Source: a bacterium
Lineage (GTDB): Bacteria > UBA8248
DNA: 64,000 bases
Direction: 5' to 3'
Assembly: GCA_965203325.1 (NCBI GenBank)
Contig: OZ241875.1
Location: 1,530,212 to 1,594,211 of the forward strand
Shown here: in pieces, positions 12,062-21,018 of the stretch
How positions within the stretch are numbered: position 1 is the first letter of the stretch
Layout of the letters: every line of letters starts with the position of its first letter
Position numbers and translations under genes: made by a program
The notes under the pieces: generated by a model
Database searches by the model: none
What the model was told of the DNA's origin: nothing
Seen by the model: only the letters and a program-made list of their open reading frames with translations

Positions 12062-13120
12062 ATGACGCTGAGAATGGGTGTGTGGGCGCCCGTGTGGGGC
12101 ACGTTTCTGGGGCGGGTCGAAAAACCCGAGACAGTGAAAGAGGCCTCATTCGCGCACAATGCGCGCTATATCCAGCGCGCCGAGGAGTTGGGATTCGAGA
12201 GCACCCTGTTGCTCGACAGGAGCCTCAACAGCATCAAGGGCGTGGGCGCGCCGGTTCTCGAAGCCTGGATAACGGCGGCGGCGCTGGCACCCATTACGAA
12301 GAAAATCGAACTCATCATCGCCGCCAAGAGCGCCTACCGCCACCCTTCGCTCGTCGCCCAGATGGGGGCGAACATCGACTGCATCAGCGGGGGGCGCTTC
12401 GCCATCAACATCGTCTCGGGCTGGTGGGCGCTGGAAAACGAGATGGCGGGCATCCCCTTCCCGCCGCACGATGAGCGCTACGATCTATCCGAAGAGGTCA
12501 TGCACATCCTCAAATCCTACTGGACGAAGGAGCGCTTCAGCTTCAAGGGCAGGTATTTCCAGATAACAGACGGCGTCACCGCGCCCAAACCCGTCCGAAA
12601 GCCCTGGCCCACGTTTTATTTCGGGGGCGAATCCACCGCCGCCGTGAAGCTGGCGGGCAAGGCGGCGGACGTTTTCCTGTTCAACGGCCGTTCGCTCGCG
12701 GACGCGAAGGAGTTGATGGCCGCCGTGAACCAGGAAGCGGAAGCAAACGACAGATCCATCCGCCACGGGATGAGCTCGTTCATCGTCTGCCGCGACACAG
12801 ACGAGGAGGCCCGGGCGGAACTCGATCGCCTTTTCTCGCTCATCACCGAACCGCCCAAGCTGAAGAGAGTCGACAGGGCCGCCCAGCACAGGAAAACGAG
12901 CGGGAAGGCCGGCGGCGTCGGCTCGAACGGCGGCACGGCGACGGGCCTCGTCGGCTCGCCTGAGACCATCGCCGAGCGCATCATGGCGTTTCACGAGGCG
13001 GGCGTGGAGTTGTTCCTGCTCCAGTTCCATCCCATGTTCGAGGAGATGGAGCGCTTCGCCTCGGAGGTCATGCCGCTTCTGCCCCTGGGCGAGAAAGCGC
13101 CCGAGGCGGCGAGAGCCTAG
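12062..13120 (+). CDS. LLM-class (luciferase-like) flavin/F420-dependent oxidoreductase
   Basis: MTLRMGVWAP... TIM-barrel LLM signature. RBS GGGAG 6 nt upstream. ORF track start 12017 trimmed. Confidence 0.8.
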   Translation: MTLRMGVWAPVWGTFLGRVEKPETVKEASFAHNARYIQRAEELGFESTLLLDRSLNSIKGVGAPVLEAWITAAALAPITKKIELIIAAKSAYRHPSLVAQMGANIDCISGGRFAINIVSGWWALENEMAGIPFPPHDERYDLSEEVMHILKSYWTKERFSFKGRYFQITDGVTAPKPVRKPWPTFYFGGESTAAVKLAGKAADVFLFNGRSLADAKELMAAVNQEAEANDRSIRHGMSSFIVCRDTDEEARAELDRLFSLITEPPKLKRVDRAAQHRKTSGKAGGVGSNGGTATGLVGSPETIAERIMAFHEAGVELFLLQFHPMFEEMERFASEVMPLLPLGEKAPEAARA

Positions 13121-13127
13121 GCCGCGC

Positions 13128-13595
13128 TCACTCCAGCGATACGCGCGCGCCCAGCCCGAAGCCGTTTCTCAGGAACCAGCCCTGGTTCACCTCCAGCACC
13201 CGGCGGACCTTGTGGCGGGAGGTGTAGGAGGGAATCCGCGTCCCCGGCTTGTGGGGCTGTAAGTGTATGATTTCCAACACTTCTCCGCTCTTGTCGATGA
13301 AGGCGAGCGAGAGCGGAATCCGCGTGTTCTTCATCCAGAAAAACCGCCGCGCATCATCATCGTAGACGAAGAGCATCCCGGCGTTCTCCGCCAGCCGCTC
13401 CCGGCCCATGAGGCCCTGCGCGCGGGCTTTGGGGGTATTTGCGATCTCGACCGAAAGCGTCGCCTCGCGCCCGTTCTGGGTGATGCGCACCACGCCGCGC
13501 TCGAAGGTCTGGGCGGCGGCGGATGAGGGCGCGAGCAGGCCCCAGGCGAGGAGCAAGGCGCAGGCGGCGAGACCCCCGAAAACCCTCCGTTTCAC
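13128..13595 (-). CDS. DUF192 domain protein (secreted)
   Basis: Signal peptide VKRRVFGGLAACALLLAWGLLAPSSAAA. The conserved DUF192 core LFVYDDD...FWMKNTRIPLSLAFID. Start is probably GTG 13595; the track start is TTG 13616. Confidence 0.55.
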   Translation of the reverse strand: MKRRVFGGLAACALLLAWGLLAPSSAAAQTFERGVVRITQNGREATLSVEIANTPKARAQGLMGRERLAENAGMLFVYDDDARRFFWMKNTRIPLSLAFIDKSGEVLEIIHLQPHKPGTRIPSYTSRHKVRRVLEVNQGWFLRNGFGLGARVSLE

Positions 13596-14063
13596 GTATA
13601 ACCTCAAATAAATCAAATGGATAAATTTTCACTTATTTTCACGAAAACATCGTGAATTTATCGAATTTTTCACTATTTTTCAGCAATTCGTTTTTCGGGG
13701 AAACGTTTTTCGCGCACCGCCACCATACCCGACCCGAACCCCCGCCGCCACGGGCAAATGCGGGAAATTGCGTGATCAACCCCGACCGATGAGGGGTCGA
13801 ACCCGATTGATGAATGAGGGTTCGCCGCGACCGATGAAGGATCGATTGCTCCCGGATGACCACCGCGCCCGTTCGCATCAAAACCCGTTCGGTGAGAAAA
13901 TACGGTTCAAGTCTCATGGCGCTTGCACCGAGTCCGGTAGAAGCGCCTGAATTTCCGGGCGGGTATCCTGACTCGATCGCACATCGAGGGAGCATCTAAC
14001 GGCAAACGGCGGGCGCGCCCGGACGCCGCGCCTTTCATCCGAGTTGAGCCTGGAGGGATTACA

Positions 14064-14531
14064 ATGGCCGAAGATCATCATCACTTCATGGGATTGACGC
14101 TCGAGGAGTCGCGTCTTGCGCTTGAGGCGGGGAACTCCCCCGTCGGCTCCATCATCGTCAGGGACGGCGAAATCATCGGCAGGGGGCAGAACCGCGTCAT
14201 CTCCCACAACGACCCCACCTGCCACGGCGAGACCGACGCCATCCGGAACGCGTGCAGCGCGCTGGGCACGCCCGACCTCTCCGGCGCCACGCTCTACACG
14301 GCGATGGAGCCCTGCCCGATGTGCTGCTGGTCCATCGTCCTGGCGAAGGTCGAAACGCTCGTCCTGGGCGCGCGCCACGCCGAGATGGGACGAACCGACT
14401 ACGGGGACTATTCCGTCGAGAAACTCCTGGAGATGGGGAACCAGACGATTCGTATCGTCACCGGGGTCCGGGTCGCCGAATGCGAGGCCTTGAGGCGCAG
14501 CTGGTCGGGCTGGGTGGAGCCCGGAGCGTAG
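14064..14531 (+). CDS. CMP/dCMP-type nucleoside deaminase family protein
   Basis: Zn-binding motifs CHGETDAI and EPCPMCCW. RBS GGAGGG. Confidence 0.75.
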   Translation: MAEDHHHFMGLTLEESRLALEAGNSPVGSIIVRDGEIIGRGQNRVISHNDPTCHGETDAIRNACSALGTPDLSGATLYTAMEPCPMCCWSIVLAKVETLVLGARHAEMGRTDYGDYSVEKLLEMGNQTIRIVTGVRVAECEALRRSWSGWVEPGA

Positions 14532-14568
14532 CCCTCGGTCGTCGAGCCAAATAGAGGAGAAAGAATTC

Positions 14569-15393
14569 ATGAGCCGCTGGATACAGGAACTCACCTGGCC
14601 GGACGTGGAGGAATACCTGAAGCGCGGGGATACGGCGCTCGTCCCCGTCGGCGCCACGGAGCAGCACGGGCCGCACTGCCCCATCGGAACGGACGCGGCC
14701 GAGGCCATCGCGACCGCAGAGGAAGTGGCGGAGCGTGCGGACGCGCTGGTCGCCGCTCCCCTGTGGTTCGGCTGGTCGCCCCATCACCTCGCGTTCCCGG
14801 GGACGATATCGCTCGCCGCGGAGACGCTGACGCGCGTCGTCGAGGACGTATGCAACAGCCTCGTGGTCCACGGCTTCCGGCACATCGTGATCCTGAACGG
14901 GCACCGGGTCGCGAACCTCCCGCCGCTCGAGATTGCGATCGTAAGGGTCAGGAACGTAACGGGCGCGGCCATAGCCATCGTGGACCTGGCCCTCATCGCC
15001 GGCAAGGAGATTCGCGACGTATGCGAGAGCCCCCCGGGCGGCGTCGGCCACGGGTGCGAATCCGAGACCTCCTTCATGCTGTATAAATACGGCGAGCAGG
15101 TGAAGATGGAGCGCGCGGTGGACGCCGTCCCCGAGGTGGGCGAATTCGAGCACCGCTTCGTGTCCGTGGACCACGCCGTCAACCGGGTCGAGAACCCGAA
15201 GCTCTCCTTTCCGCCGACGACCGAGGAATACGGGCGGAACCGCGAAGCGATGGGAGTGGGCGGCGCGGCGACCTTCGCATCGGCGGAGAAGGGGGAGAAA
15301 ATCTTCGAGGCCATCGCCGCGAACACGACGAGATTCGTAAAGACCTTCCAGAACGTACCCGTCACCATCAAGGCGACCGCCCCGCCCTTATAA
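14569..15393 (+). CDS. creatininase family amidohydrolase
   Basis: GATEQHGPHCPIGTD signature. RBS GAGGAGA. Confidence 0.85.
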   Translation: MSRWIQELTWPDVEEYLKRGDTALVPVGATEQHGPHCPIGTDAAEAIATAEEVAERADALVAAPLWFGWSPHHLAFPGTISLAAETLTRVVEDVCNSLVVHGFRHIVILNGHRVANLPPLEIAIVRVRNVTGAAIAIVDLALIAGKEIRDVCESPPGGVGHGCESETSFMLYKYGEQVKMERAVDAVPEVGEFEHRFVSVDHAVNRVENPKLSFPPTTEEYGRNREAMGVGGAATFASAEKGEKIFEAIAANTTRFVKTFQNVPVTIKATAPPL

Positions 15394-15480
15394 GAGAAGA
15401 GGCGGGTGGCAGGGCCGGGTCGCGGCCTCGGACAGGCGCGGGGGGCCTGTCCGCTACGAAACCACTGCGTTTGGGTGCGC

Positions 15481-15735
15481 TCTCCCCTTGAGGGTATTTG
15501 CCTACCTAGAGCGAGGAAATCAACTCCCCCCTTGAGGGGGAGTCGAGGAAGCCGAGCGTTTTTTGCGAAGGCTGACTCGGTGGGGGGACATGCCACAGAT
15601 AAAACTCCCCCCACCGAATCGCTTGCGGGCATTCGCCCTTAGCTCTTCGACTCCCCCTCAAGGGGGGAGTTGATCTTGCTCGTTCATCGGGGTTTTTTAC
15701 CCCCCTGACAAGGGGGGGTAGGGGGGGTTGGTTTT
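15481..15735. repeat. composite GC-homopolymer palindromic element, copy A
   Basis: Hairpins ACTCCCCCCTTGAGGGGGAGT and CGGTGGGGGG...CCCCCCACCG, then the family arm TACCCCCCTGACAAGGGGGGGTAGGGGGGGTT. Duplicated at 17221-17490. Confidence 0.7.
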
Positions 15736-15933
15736 CCGGCCAATCGGACAACCACGGGGGAGGGTTGTCCCTACGCCCCGCGGCGTATCGAGACGACCCG
15801 TAGGGGCGCTTCGTGAAGCGCCCGTTTCTCCGGCAAGGACCGTTCACGAATGTGGGCGGTTCGCGAACCGCCCCTACGGTGGGTGCGGCGTTTGTCCGTC
15901 ATTCCGACCAGGGATGATTTTTTCAACAATCCC

Positions 15934-16347
15934 CTACTCCCCCGCCCGGTCTCCCCTCGCCTTCTTCGCCCTCATCAGAAACGCGCCCAGGGCGGGCAGG
16001 AGCGCGATGGCGCCCACCATGTTGACGAGGAACATGAACGAGAGCACCGTGCCCATGTCGGCCTGGAGCTTGAGCGGCGCGAATATCCAAGTCGCCACCC
16101 CCACCGCCAGAGTGAGGCCGGTGAGCACCACGCCCGCCCCCATGGTGGCGAGGGTGCGTTCGTAGGCGGCGGCGAAATCGAGTCCCTCCCTCATATAGGC
16201 GAGAAGCCGCCCGCAGATGTATATCCCGTAATCCACGCCGATGCCGACCCCCAGGGCCACCACGGGAAGCGTCGAGACCTTGAGGCCGATCTCCAGAAAC
16301 GCCATCAGGGCGCAGGCCAGGGTGGTGAATTTCTTTCCGGCTTGCAT
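15934..16347 (-). pseudogene. orphan 3'-terminal fragment (137 codons) of the RND/MMPL transporter gene
   Basis: About 95% identical to the last ~130 codons of the full gene at 17685..20033. Part of an ~0.8-kb segmental duplication. Confidence 0.7.
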
Positions 16348-16427
16348 TTGTTCTCTTTGAATTGTTCTTGATTTTTGGACCCCAATCAGACATATTGTTA
16401 TTATTTATTTTAATATAAGGACATCAA

Positions 16428-17033
16428 ATGAACCCGCAACTGATTGCACAACCCGAAGATATCTTCCGCAAAAACGGCGGCCAGCTTCGAATGAGCGAGG
16501 CTCTCGCCGGCGGGATGACGCGCTACACCCTGTATGCGCTCAGGGACAGGGGCGTCGTCGAGCAGATCACCAGGGGCGTTTATCGGCTTCGGGAACTGCC
16601 CCCGCTCGGCAATCCGGACCTGGTGACGGTGAGCCTTCGCTTTCCCAGGGCCGTCGTTTGCCTTGTCTCTGCACTTGCCTGGCACGAGATCACGACCCAG
16701 ATACCACGTGAAGTCTCCGTGGCGGTGCCGAAAGACTCTCGGACGCCGGTGCTCGACTATCCCCCCCTCAAGGCGCACAAATTCTCCCACGAAGCATACG
16801 AACCCGGCATCGAAGTACACCTGCTCGATGGAGCACCCGTCAAGATATACAACCCGGAAAAAACCCTGGCCGACAGCTTCAAGTTCCGCAACAAGATCGG
16901 CATGGACGTGGTGCTTGAGGCGCTGAAACTCCACAAGGAGCGAAACGGGATCAACCTCGGCGAACTTATCAAGTACGCAAAGATTTGCCGGGTCGAAAAC
17001 GTGATGCGGCCTTACCTGGAGATGCTCGTATGA
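16428..17033 (+). CDS. AbiEi-family antitoxin (type IV TA system transcriptional regulator)
   Basis: N-terminal wHTH ...LRDRGVVEQITRGVYRL typical of AbiEi_4. Followed by the start of an AbiEii-like ORF. Confidence 0.6.
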   Translation: MNPQLIAQPEDIFRKNGGQLRMSEALAGGMTRYTLYALRDRGVVEQITRGVYRLRELPPLGNPDLVTVSLRFPRAVVCLVSALAWHEITTQIPREVSVAVPKDSRTPVLDYPPLKAHKFSHEAYEPGIEVHLLDGAPVKIYNPEKTLADSFKFRNKIGMDVVLEALKLHKERNGINLGELIKYAKICRVENVMRPYLEMLV

Positions 17034-17112
17034 CGCCTCCGAGAAACGTATCCGCCTCCGTGCAGCAACGCCTCCTGAACCAGGCCAGGAGCGAAGGACG
17101 CCTCTTCGGATG
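17029..17112 (+). pseudogene. truncated AbiEii (DUF1814 nucleotidyltransferase toxin) remnant, ~28 codons
   Basis: MTPPRNVSASVQQRLLNQARSEGRLFG* matches the conserved AbiEii N-terminus. Start overlaps the AbiEi stop (ATGA). The rest of the gene is absent. Confidence 0.5.
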
Positions 17113-17220
17113 AGCCGATCCCTGCAAACTGGGCCGCGTCCGGCCCATGGAACTGATCTGGATTTTCTTCACATTTTTCTCATATTGAGGCTGTCCTTGA
17201 GATCGCAGCCGTAGGGACAA

Positions 17221-17490
17221 CCCCTTGTCAGGGGGGTAGGTGGGGTACTCCCTCCACCGAGGAGAATCCTAAATTCACTCCCCCCTTTTTTGAGGGGGAG
17301 TCGATGAGGCCGAGCCTTGGCGAAGGCCGATTCGGTGGGGGGACATGCCACAGAAAAACTCCCCCCACCGGTTCGGTTTCGGGCAAAAACCCCCTCACCT
17401 CACCGACTCCCCCTCAAGGGGGGAGTTGATCTTGCTCGTCCATCGGAGTTTTCATACCCCCCTGACAAGGGGGGGTAGGGGGGGTTGGTT
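17221..17490. repeat. composite GC-homopolymer palindromic element, copy B
   Basis: Left arm CCCCTTGTCAGGGGGG, internal hairpins, right arm CCCCCCTGACAAGGGGGGGTAGGGGGGGTT. Paralogous to 15481-15735. Confidence 0.7.
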
Positions 17491-17684
17491 TTCCGGCCAA
17501 TCGGACAACCACGGGCGCCTGTCCCTACGCCCCGCGTATCGAGACGACCCGTAGGGGCGCTTCGTGAAGCGCCCGTTTCTCCGGCAAGGGCCGTTCACGA
17601 ATGGGGGCGGTTCGCGAACCGCCCCTACGGTGGGTGCGGCGTTTGTCCGTCATTCCGAGCAGGGATGATTTTTTCAACAATCCC

Positions 17685-20033
17685 CTACTCCCCCGCCCGC
17701 TCTCCCCTCGCCTTCTTCGCCCTCATCAGAAACGCGCCCAGGGCGGGCAGGAGCGCGATGGCGCCGACCATGTTGACGAGGAACATGAACGAGAGCACCG
17801 TGCCCATGTCGGCCTGGAGTTTGAGGGGCGCGAATATCCAGGTCGCCACCCCCACCGCCAGAGTGAGGCCGGTGAGCACCACGCCCGCCCCCGTGGTGGC
17901 GAGCGTCCGCTCATAAGCCGCCGCGAAATCGAGACCCTCTCTCATATAGGCGAGTAGCCGCCCGCAGATGTATATCCCGTAATCCACGCCGATGCCGACG
18001 CCTAAGGCCACGACGGGAAGCGTCGAGACCTTGAGGCCGATCTCCAGAAACGCCATGAGGGCGTAGGCGAGGAGCGAGACGAGCGCGAGGGGCGCGATGA
18101 TGCAGACGGTCGCCGCCAACGAGCGGAAAGACAGCAGGCAGAGCAGGATGACCGCGGCGTAGACGTAGCCCAAGATCGGGAACTGCGACGCCTCTATCTC
18201 CTCGTTCGTCGCCGCCATCACCCCGACGTTCCCCGAGGCGAGGCGAAAGGTGGTGCGTTCATCGCGCTCCGCCAGGCTGAAGGCCTTGACGGCCGAGACG
18301 ACCCGGCGGATGGTCTCCGCCTTGTGGTCGGCGGTGTAGATGCGCACCGGCATCGCCGAGCAGTCGCCGTTCAGGAGCCCCGTGCTCGTCGGCACGAGGG
18401 AGACCGACTCGGCGAGCGCGTGGCGGTTGCGCGGCAGCGCGCGCCACTTGAGGCTGCCCTCGTTCCAGCCCGCGTTCAGCTTGCGGACGATGCCGGGGAG
18501 CGCGACCACCGAGCGCACGCCCTCCACGTTCCGCATGCGCCACTCGAACTCGTCGATGAGGCGCATCACGCGGTAATCGACGCACCCCTGGGGTATGGTC
18601 TCGACGATCACGGTCAACACGTCCACGCCGATGTTGAAGCGCTCGACGATGGCGGCGGTATCGCGGTTGTAGGTGGAAGTCGCGCGCAACTCCGGCACGC
18701 CCTGGTGCTGGTCGCCCACGCGGACCTCGGGCGCATAGCGCGCGCCGAGAGCGAGCAGGACGGCGGCGACGGCTATCGTCGCGATGGCGGGGCGCGGCCT
18801 GGCCGCCCGCGCGGCGCGCTTCCAGAGACCCGCCAAGAGTCCCGGTGAGGCCGCGCGCCCCCCGCCCTCCCCCGGCTTGAGGAAGGAAAGCGCCACCGGC
18901 AGTAATCCTAAGTTCGTCAGGATGATCGCGGCCACGCCCAGGCTGGCGGTGACGGCGATCTCTTGGATGACGCGCACGGGGATGAGCGCGATGGCCACGA
19001 AGCCGATGGCGTCCGAGGCCAGCGCCACCGAACCCGGCAGCAGCAGGCGGCGGAAACTCGCCCGCGCGGCGCGGACGCCGCCGCCCCCTTCGGCCCCCAC
19101 CGCGTTCACCATCTGCACCCCGTGGCTCACCCCGATGGCGAAGACCAGAAACGGCACCAGGATCGACATCGGGTCGACGCCGAAACCCAGGCCCGTGAGC
19201 GCGCCGAGCTGCCAGACGACCGCGACGAGCGAGCACGCCAGGGGCATCGCCGTGAGGCGGACCGAGCGGGTGTAGGCGTACACGAAAAGGGCGGTGATCA
19301 CGACGGCGAGGCCGAAGAACAGGAGCACCTGCGCCGCGCCGTCCGCTATCTCTCCCACGACCTTGGCGAACCCGATGATGTGGACGTTCGCGACGCCGCC
19401 GGCTTCTGCGTCGCGGCGGATGACCTCGAGCGCGCGCGCGACTTCGAGATAATCGAGCCGCTCCCCGGTGTCCGGGTGGAACTCCTGGAGCCTCGCGCTC
19501 ACGAGCGCGCCCGAGAAGTCGTTCGCCACCAGCCGTCCCACGATGCCCGCCTTGATGATGTTCTCGCGCACTCGCGCGAGGCCGGCCCTGGTGGGCTTGA
19601 AGTCCGCGGGCAGCACGTTGCCCGCGACGATGCCGTCCTCGACCACCTCGTTGTAGCGCACGTTCGGCGTGACCACCGAATAGACCTGGGTGCGGTCGAC
19701 GCCCGGCAGGAAGAATACGGCGTCGTTCACCTTCTGGAGCAGGGCGAAGAACTCCGGGCTGAAGATGTCGCCCTTCCGCGCGACGAGCGCCACCGCCACG
19801 CGGTCCGCGCCCCCGAAAGCGGCGCGGTGCTTGAGGAAGGTGCGCATGTACTCGTGTTCGAGCGGAATCAGCTTGGTGAAGCCCGCGTCGACGCGCAGCC
19901 CCGACGCCAGCCAGGCCATCGCCAGCGTGACCAGGAGGAACGCCGCGAGCACCCGCTTGCGGCGCGAGAACAGCGCGCGCTCGAGCCAAGCCGTCACCGA
20001 GGATGTCTTGGGAGAAGCGGAGGCGTCCGGCAT
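17685..20033 (-). CDS. RND superfamily / MMPL-type exporter (HpnN-like)
   Basis: 12-TM RND topology with two large periplasmic loops. Start taken at MPDASASPK (ATG 20033); the ORF-track start 20102 is GTG and would overlap the upstream gene. Confidence 0.8.
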   Translation of the reverse strand: MPDASASPKTSSVTAWLERALFSRRKRVLAAFLLVTLAMAWLASGLRVDAGFTKLIPLEHEYMRTFLKHRAAFGGADRVAVALVARKGDIFSPEFFALLQKVNDAVFFLPGVDRTQVYSVVTPNVRYNEVVEDGIVAGNVLPADFKPTRAGLARVRENIIKAGIVGRLVANDFSGALVSARLQEFHPDTGERLDYLEVARALEVIRRDAEAGGVANVHIIGFAKVVGEIADGAAQVLLFFGLAVVITALFVYAYTRSVRLTAMPLACSLVAVVWQLGALTGLGFGVDPMSILVPFLVFAIGVSHGVQMVNAVGAEGGGGVRAARASFRRLLLPGSVALASDAIGFVAIALIPVRVIQEIAVTASLGVAAIILTNLGLLPVALSFLKPGEGGGRAASPGLLAGLWKRAARAARPRPAIATIAVAAVLLALGARYAPEVRVGDQHQGVPELRATSTYNRDTAAIVERFNIGVDVLTVIVETIPQGCVDYRVMRLIDEFEWRMRNVEGVRSVVALPGIVRKLNAGWNEGSLKWRALPRNRHALAESVSLVPTSTGLLNGDCSAMPVRIYTADHKAETIRRVVSAVKAFSLAERDERTTFRLASGNVGVMAATNEEIEASQFPILGYVYAAVILLCLLSFRSLAATVCIIAPLALVSLLAYALMAFLEIGLKVSTLPVVALGVGIGVDYGIYICGRLLAYMREGLDFAAAYERTLATTGAGVVLTGLTLAVGVATWIFAPLKLQADMGTVLSFMFLVNMVGAIALLPALGAFLMRAKKARGERAGE

Positions 20034-20043
20034 GGGAATGCGC

Positions 20044-21018
20044 CTATCGGGCCCCGGGCAGGCGTTTGACCCCGAACTCGCCGAGCAGCAGCACCCGCCC
20101 ACCGGAAAGCGCGAGCGCTTTCGAGATTCCCAGGCGGGAGGTCAGGGGTTTGAACTTCGGATCGGTCGATACGCTGCGCCCGCCGTCGCGGCTGACGAGC
20201 AGTGCGCCCTCGAGGCCGGTGACGAGCAACAGACCCGGCTTCACGAGGAGCGCTCCGGTGAGGGTCGCTTTCGTCCGCGTGCGAACGCGCGTCCAGCTCT
20301 CGCCCCCGTCGTCCGAGCGATACATGCTGCCCCGCAAGCCGAACAGCAGCAGCCTGTCCGCATCGAGCGCGAGCGCACCGAACCACGAACCCGCATAGGG
20401 CGAGGGGAGCTTGCGCCAGGTGGAGCCGCCGTCGTCGCTTCGGTAGATAGCCCCCGCTTCCCCAGCGATGAACAGCCGACCGGCGCCTGCGGGAACGATG
20501 GCGTTCAGGTGGAAATCGTCCCTGTCGATGGTGCGCGGCTTCCAGGTGCGGCCGCCGTCCGAGGTGGCGAGGAAATAGCCGTACGCCCCCACGGCGAAGC
20601 CGTTTCGCTCATCGCGGAACCAGACGTCGAGCAGGGGGCGTTCTTCTTTAGGGGCGTAATGGGCCACGCTCCATGTCGCGCCGCCGTCTTCGGTGCGCAG
20701 GATGAGCGCGTCGTGCCCGACCGCCCAGCCGAGGCGCGCATCGCGCATGTGCACGGCGGTCAGCAAGGCGCGGACGGGAACCCGAGCCTGCTTCCACTTC
20801 AAGCCGCCGTCGTCTGAGACCAGCACGTGGCCGCGCTCGCCCACCACCACCAGGCGCGGGCCTGCGGACGCTCCGCCAATCAGCAGGGATTCGGGCGCGA
20901 GACGGGCCTGAACGGCCGGTTCGGCGTTCGCCGCGCCAATGGGCAGCAGACAGACGATGAGGGCGGGCAGGAGGCGTCGCCGCCGTTTTCTCAAAACCCC
21001 GAAGGTCGCCGCTATCAT
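20044..21018 (-). CDS. Ycf48-like BNR/Asp-box beta-propeller protein (secreted)
   Basis: Signal peptide MIAATFGVLRKRRRRLLPALIVCLLPIGAANA. Repeated S/TxDGGxTW motifs. Start ATG overlaps the DUF1329 stop (ATGA). The N-terminal 400 codons of the long ORF are antisense read-through. Confidence 0.75.
   Translation of the reverse strand: MIAATFGVLRKRRRRLLPALIVCLLPIGAANAEPAVQARLAPESLLIGGASAGPRLVVVGERGHVLVSDDGGLKWKQARVPVRALLTAVHMRDARLGWAVGHDALILRTEDGGATWSVAHYAPKEERPLLDVWFRDERNGFAVGAYGYFLATSDGGRTWKPRTIDRDDFHLNAIVPAGAGRLFIAGEAGAIYRSDDGGSTWRKLPSPYAGSWFGALALDADRLLLFGLRGSMYRSDDGGESWTRVRTRTKATLTGALLVKPGLLLVTGLEGALLVSRDGGRSVSTDPKFKPLTSRLGISKALALSGGRVLLLGEFGVKRLPGAR

Noticed and set aside
13639-13995. 118-aa minus-strand ORF in the DUF192/deaminase intergenic region
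   Set aside because: No RBS. It overlaps the AT-rich control region and direct repeats, and its product is low-complexity. It is treated as non-coding regulatory DNA.
13700-14063. Riboswitch (purine/ZTP/guanidine) upstream of the deaminase gene
   Set aside because: I could not match the conserved cores of any of these classes by eye. Only direct repeats were found. An Rfam scan would be needed to settle it.
15400-17700. Possible CRISPR array suggested by closely spaced GC-rich repeats
   Set aside because: The sequences between repeats are homologous between copies rather than unique spacers. Repeat spacing is irregular. No cas genes are nearby. It fits an interspersed palindromic-element family and a segmental duplication better.
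18259-19989. 576-aa minus-strand ORF and several 150-370-aa plus-strand ORFs overlapping the RND gene
   Set aside because: They lie in alternative frames or antisense to a clearly conserved transporter gene. Arg/Ala/Gly-rich composition is typical of spurious ORFs in high-GC DNA.
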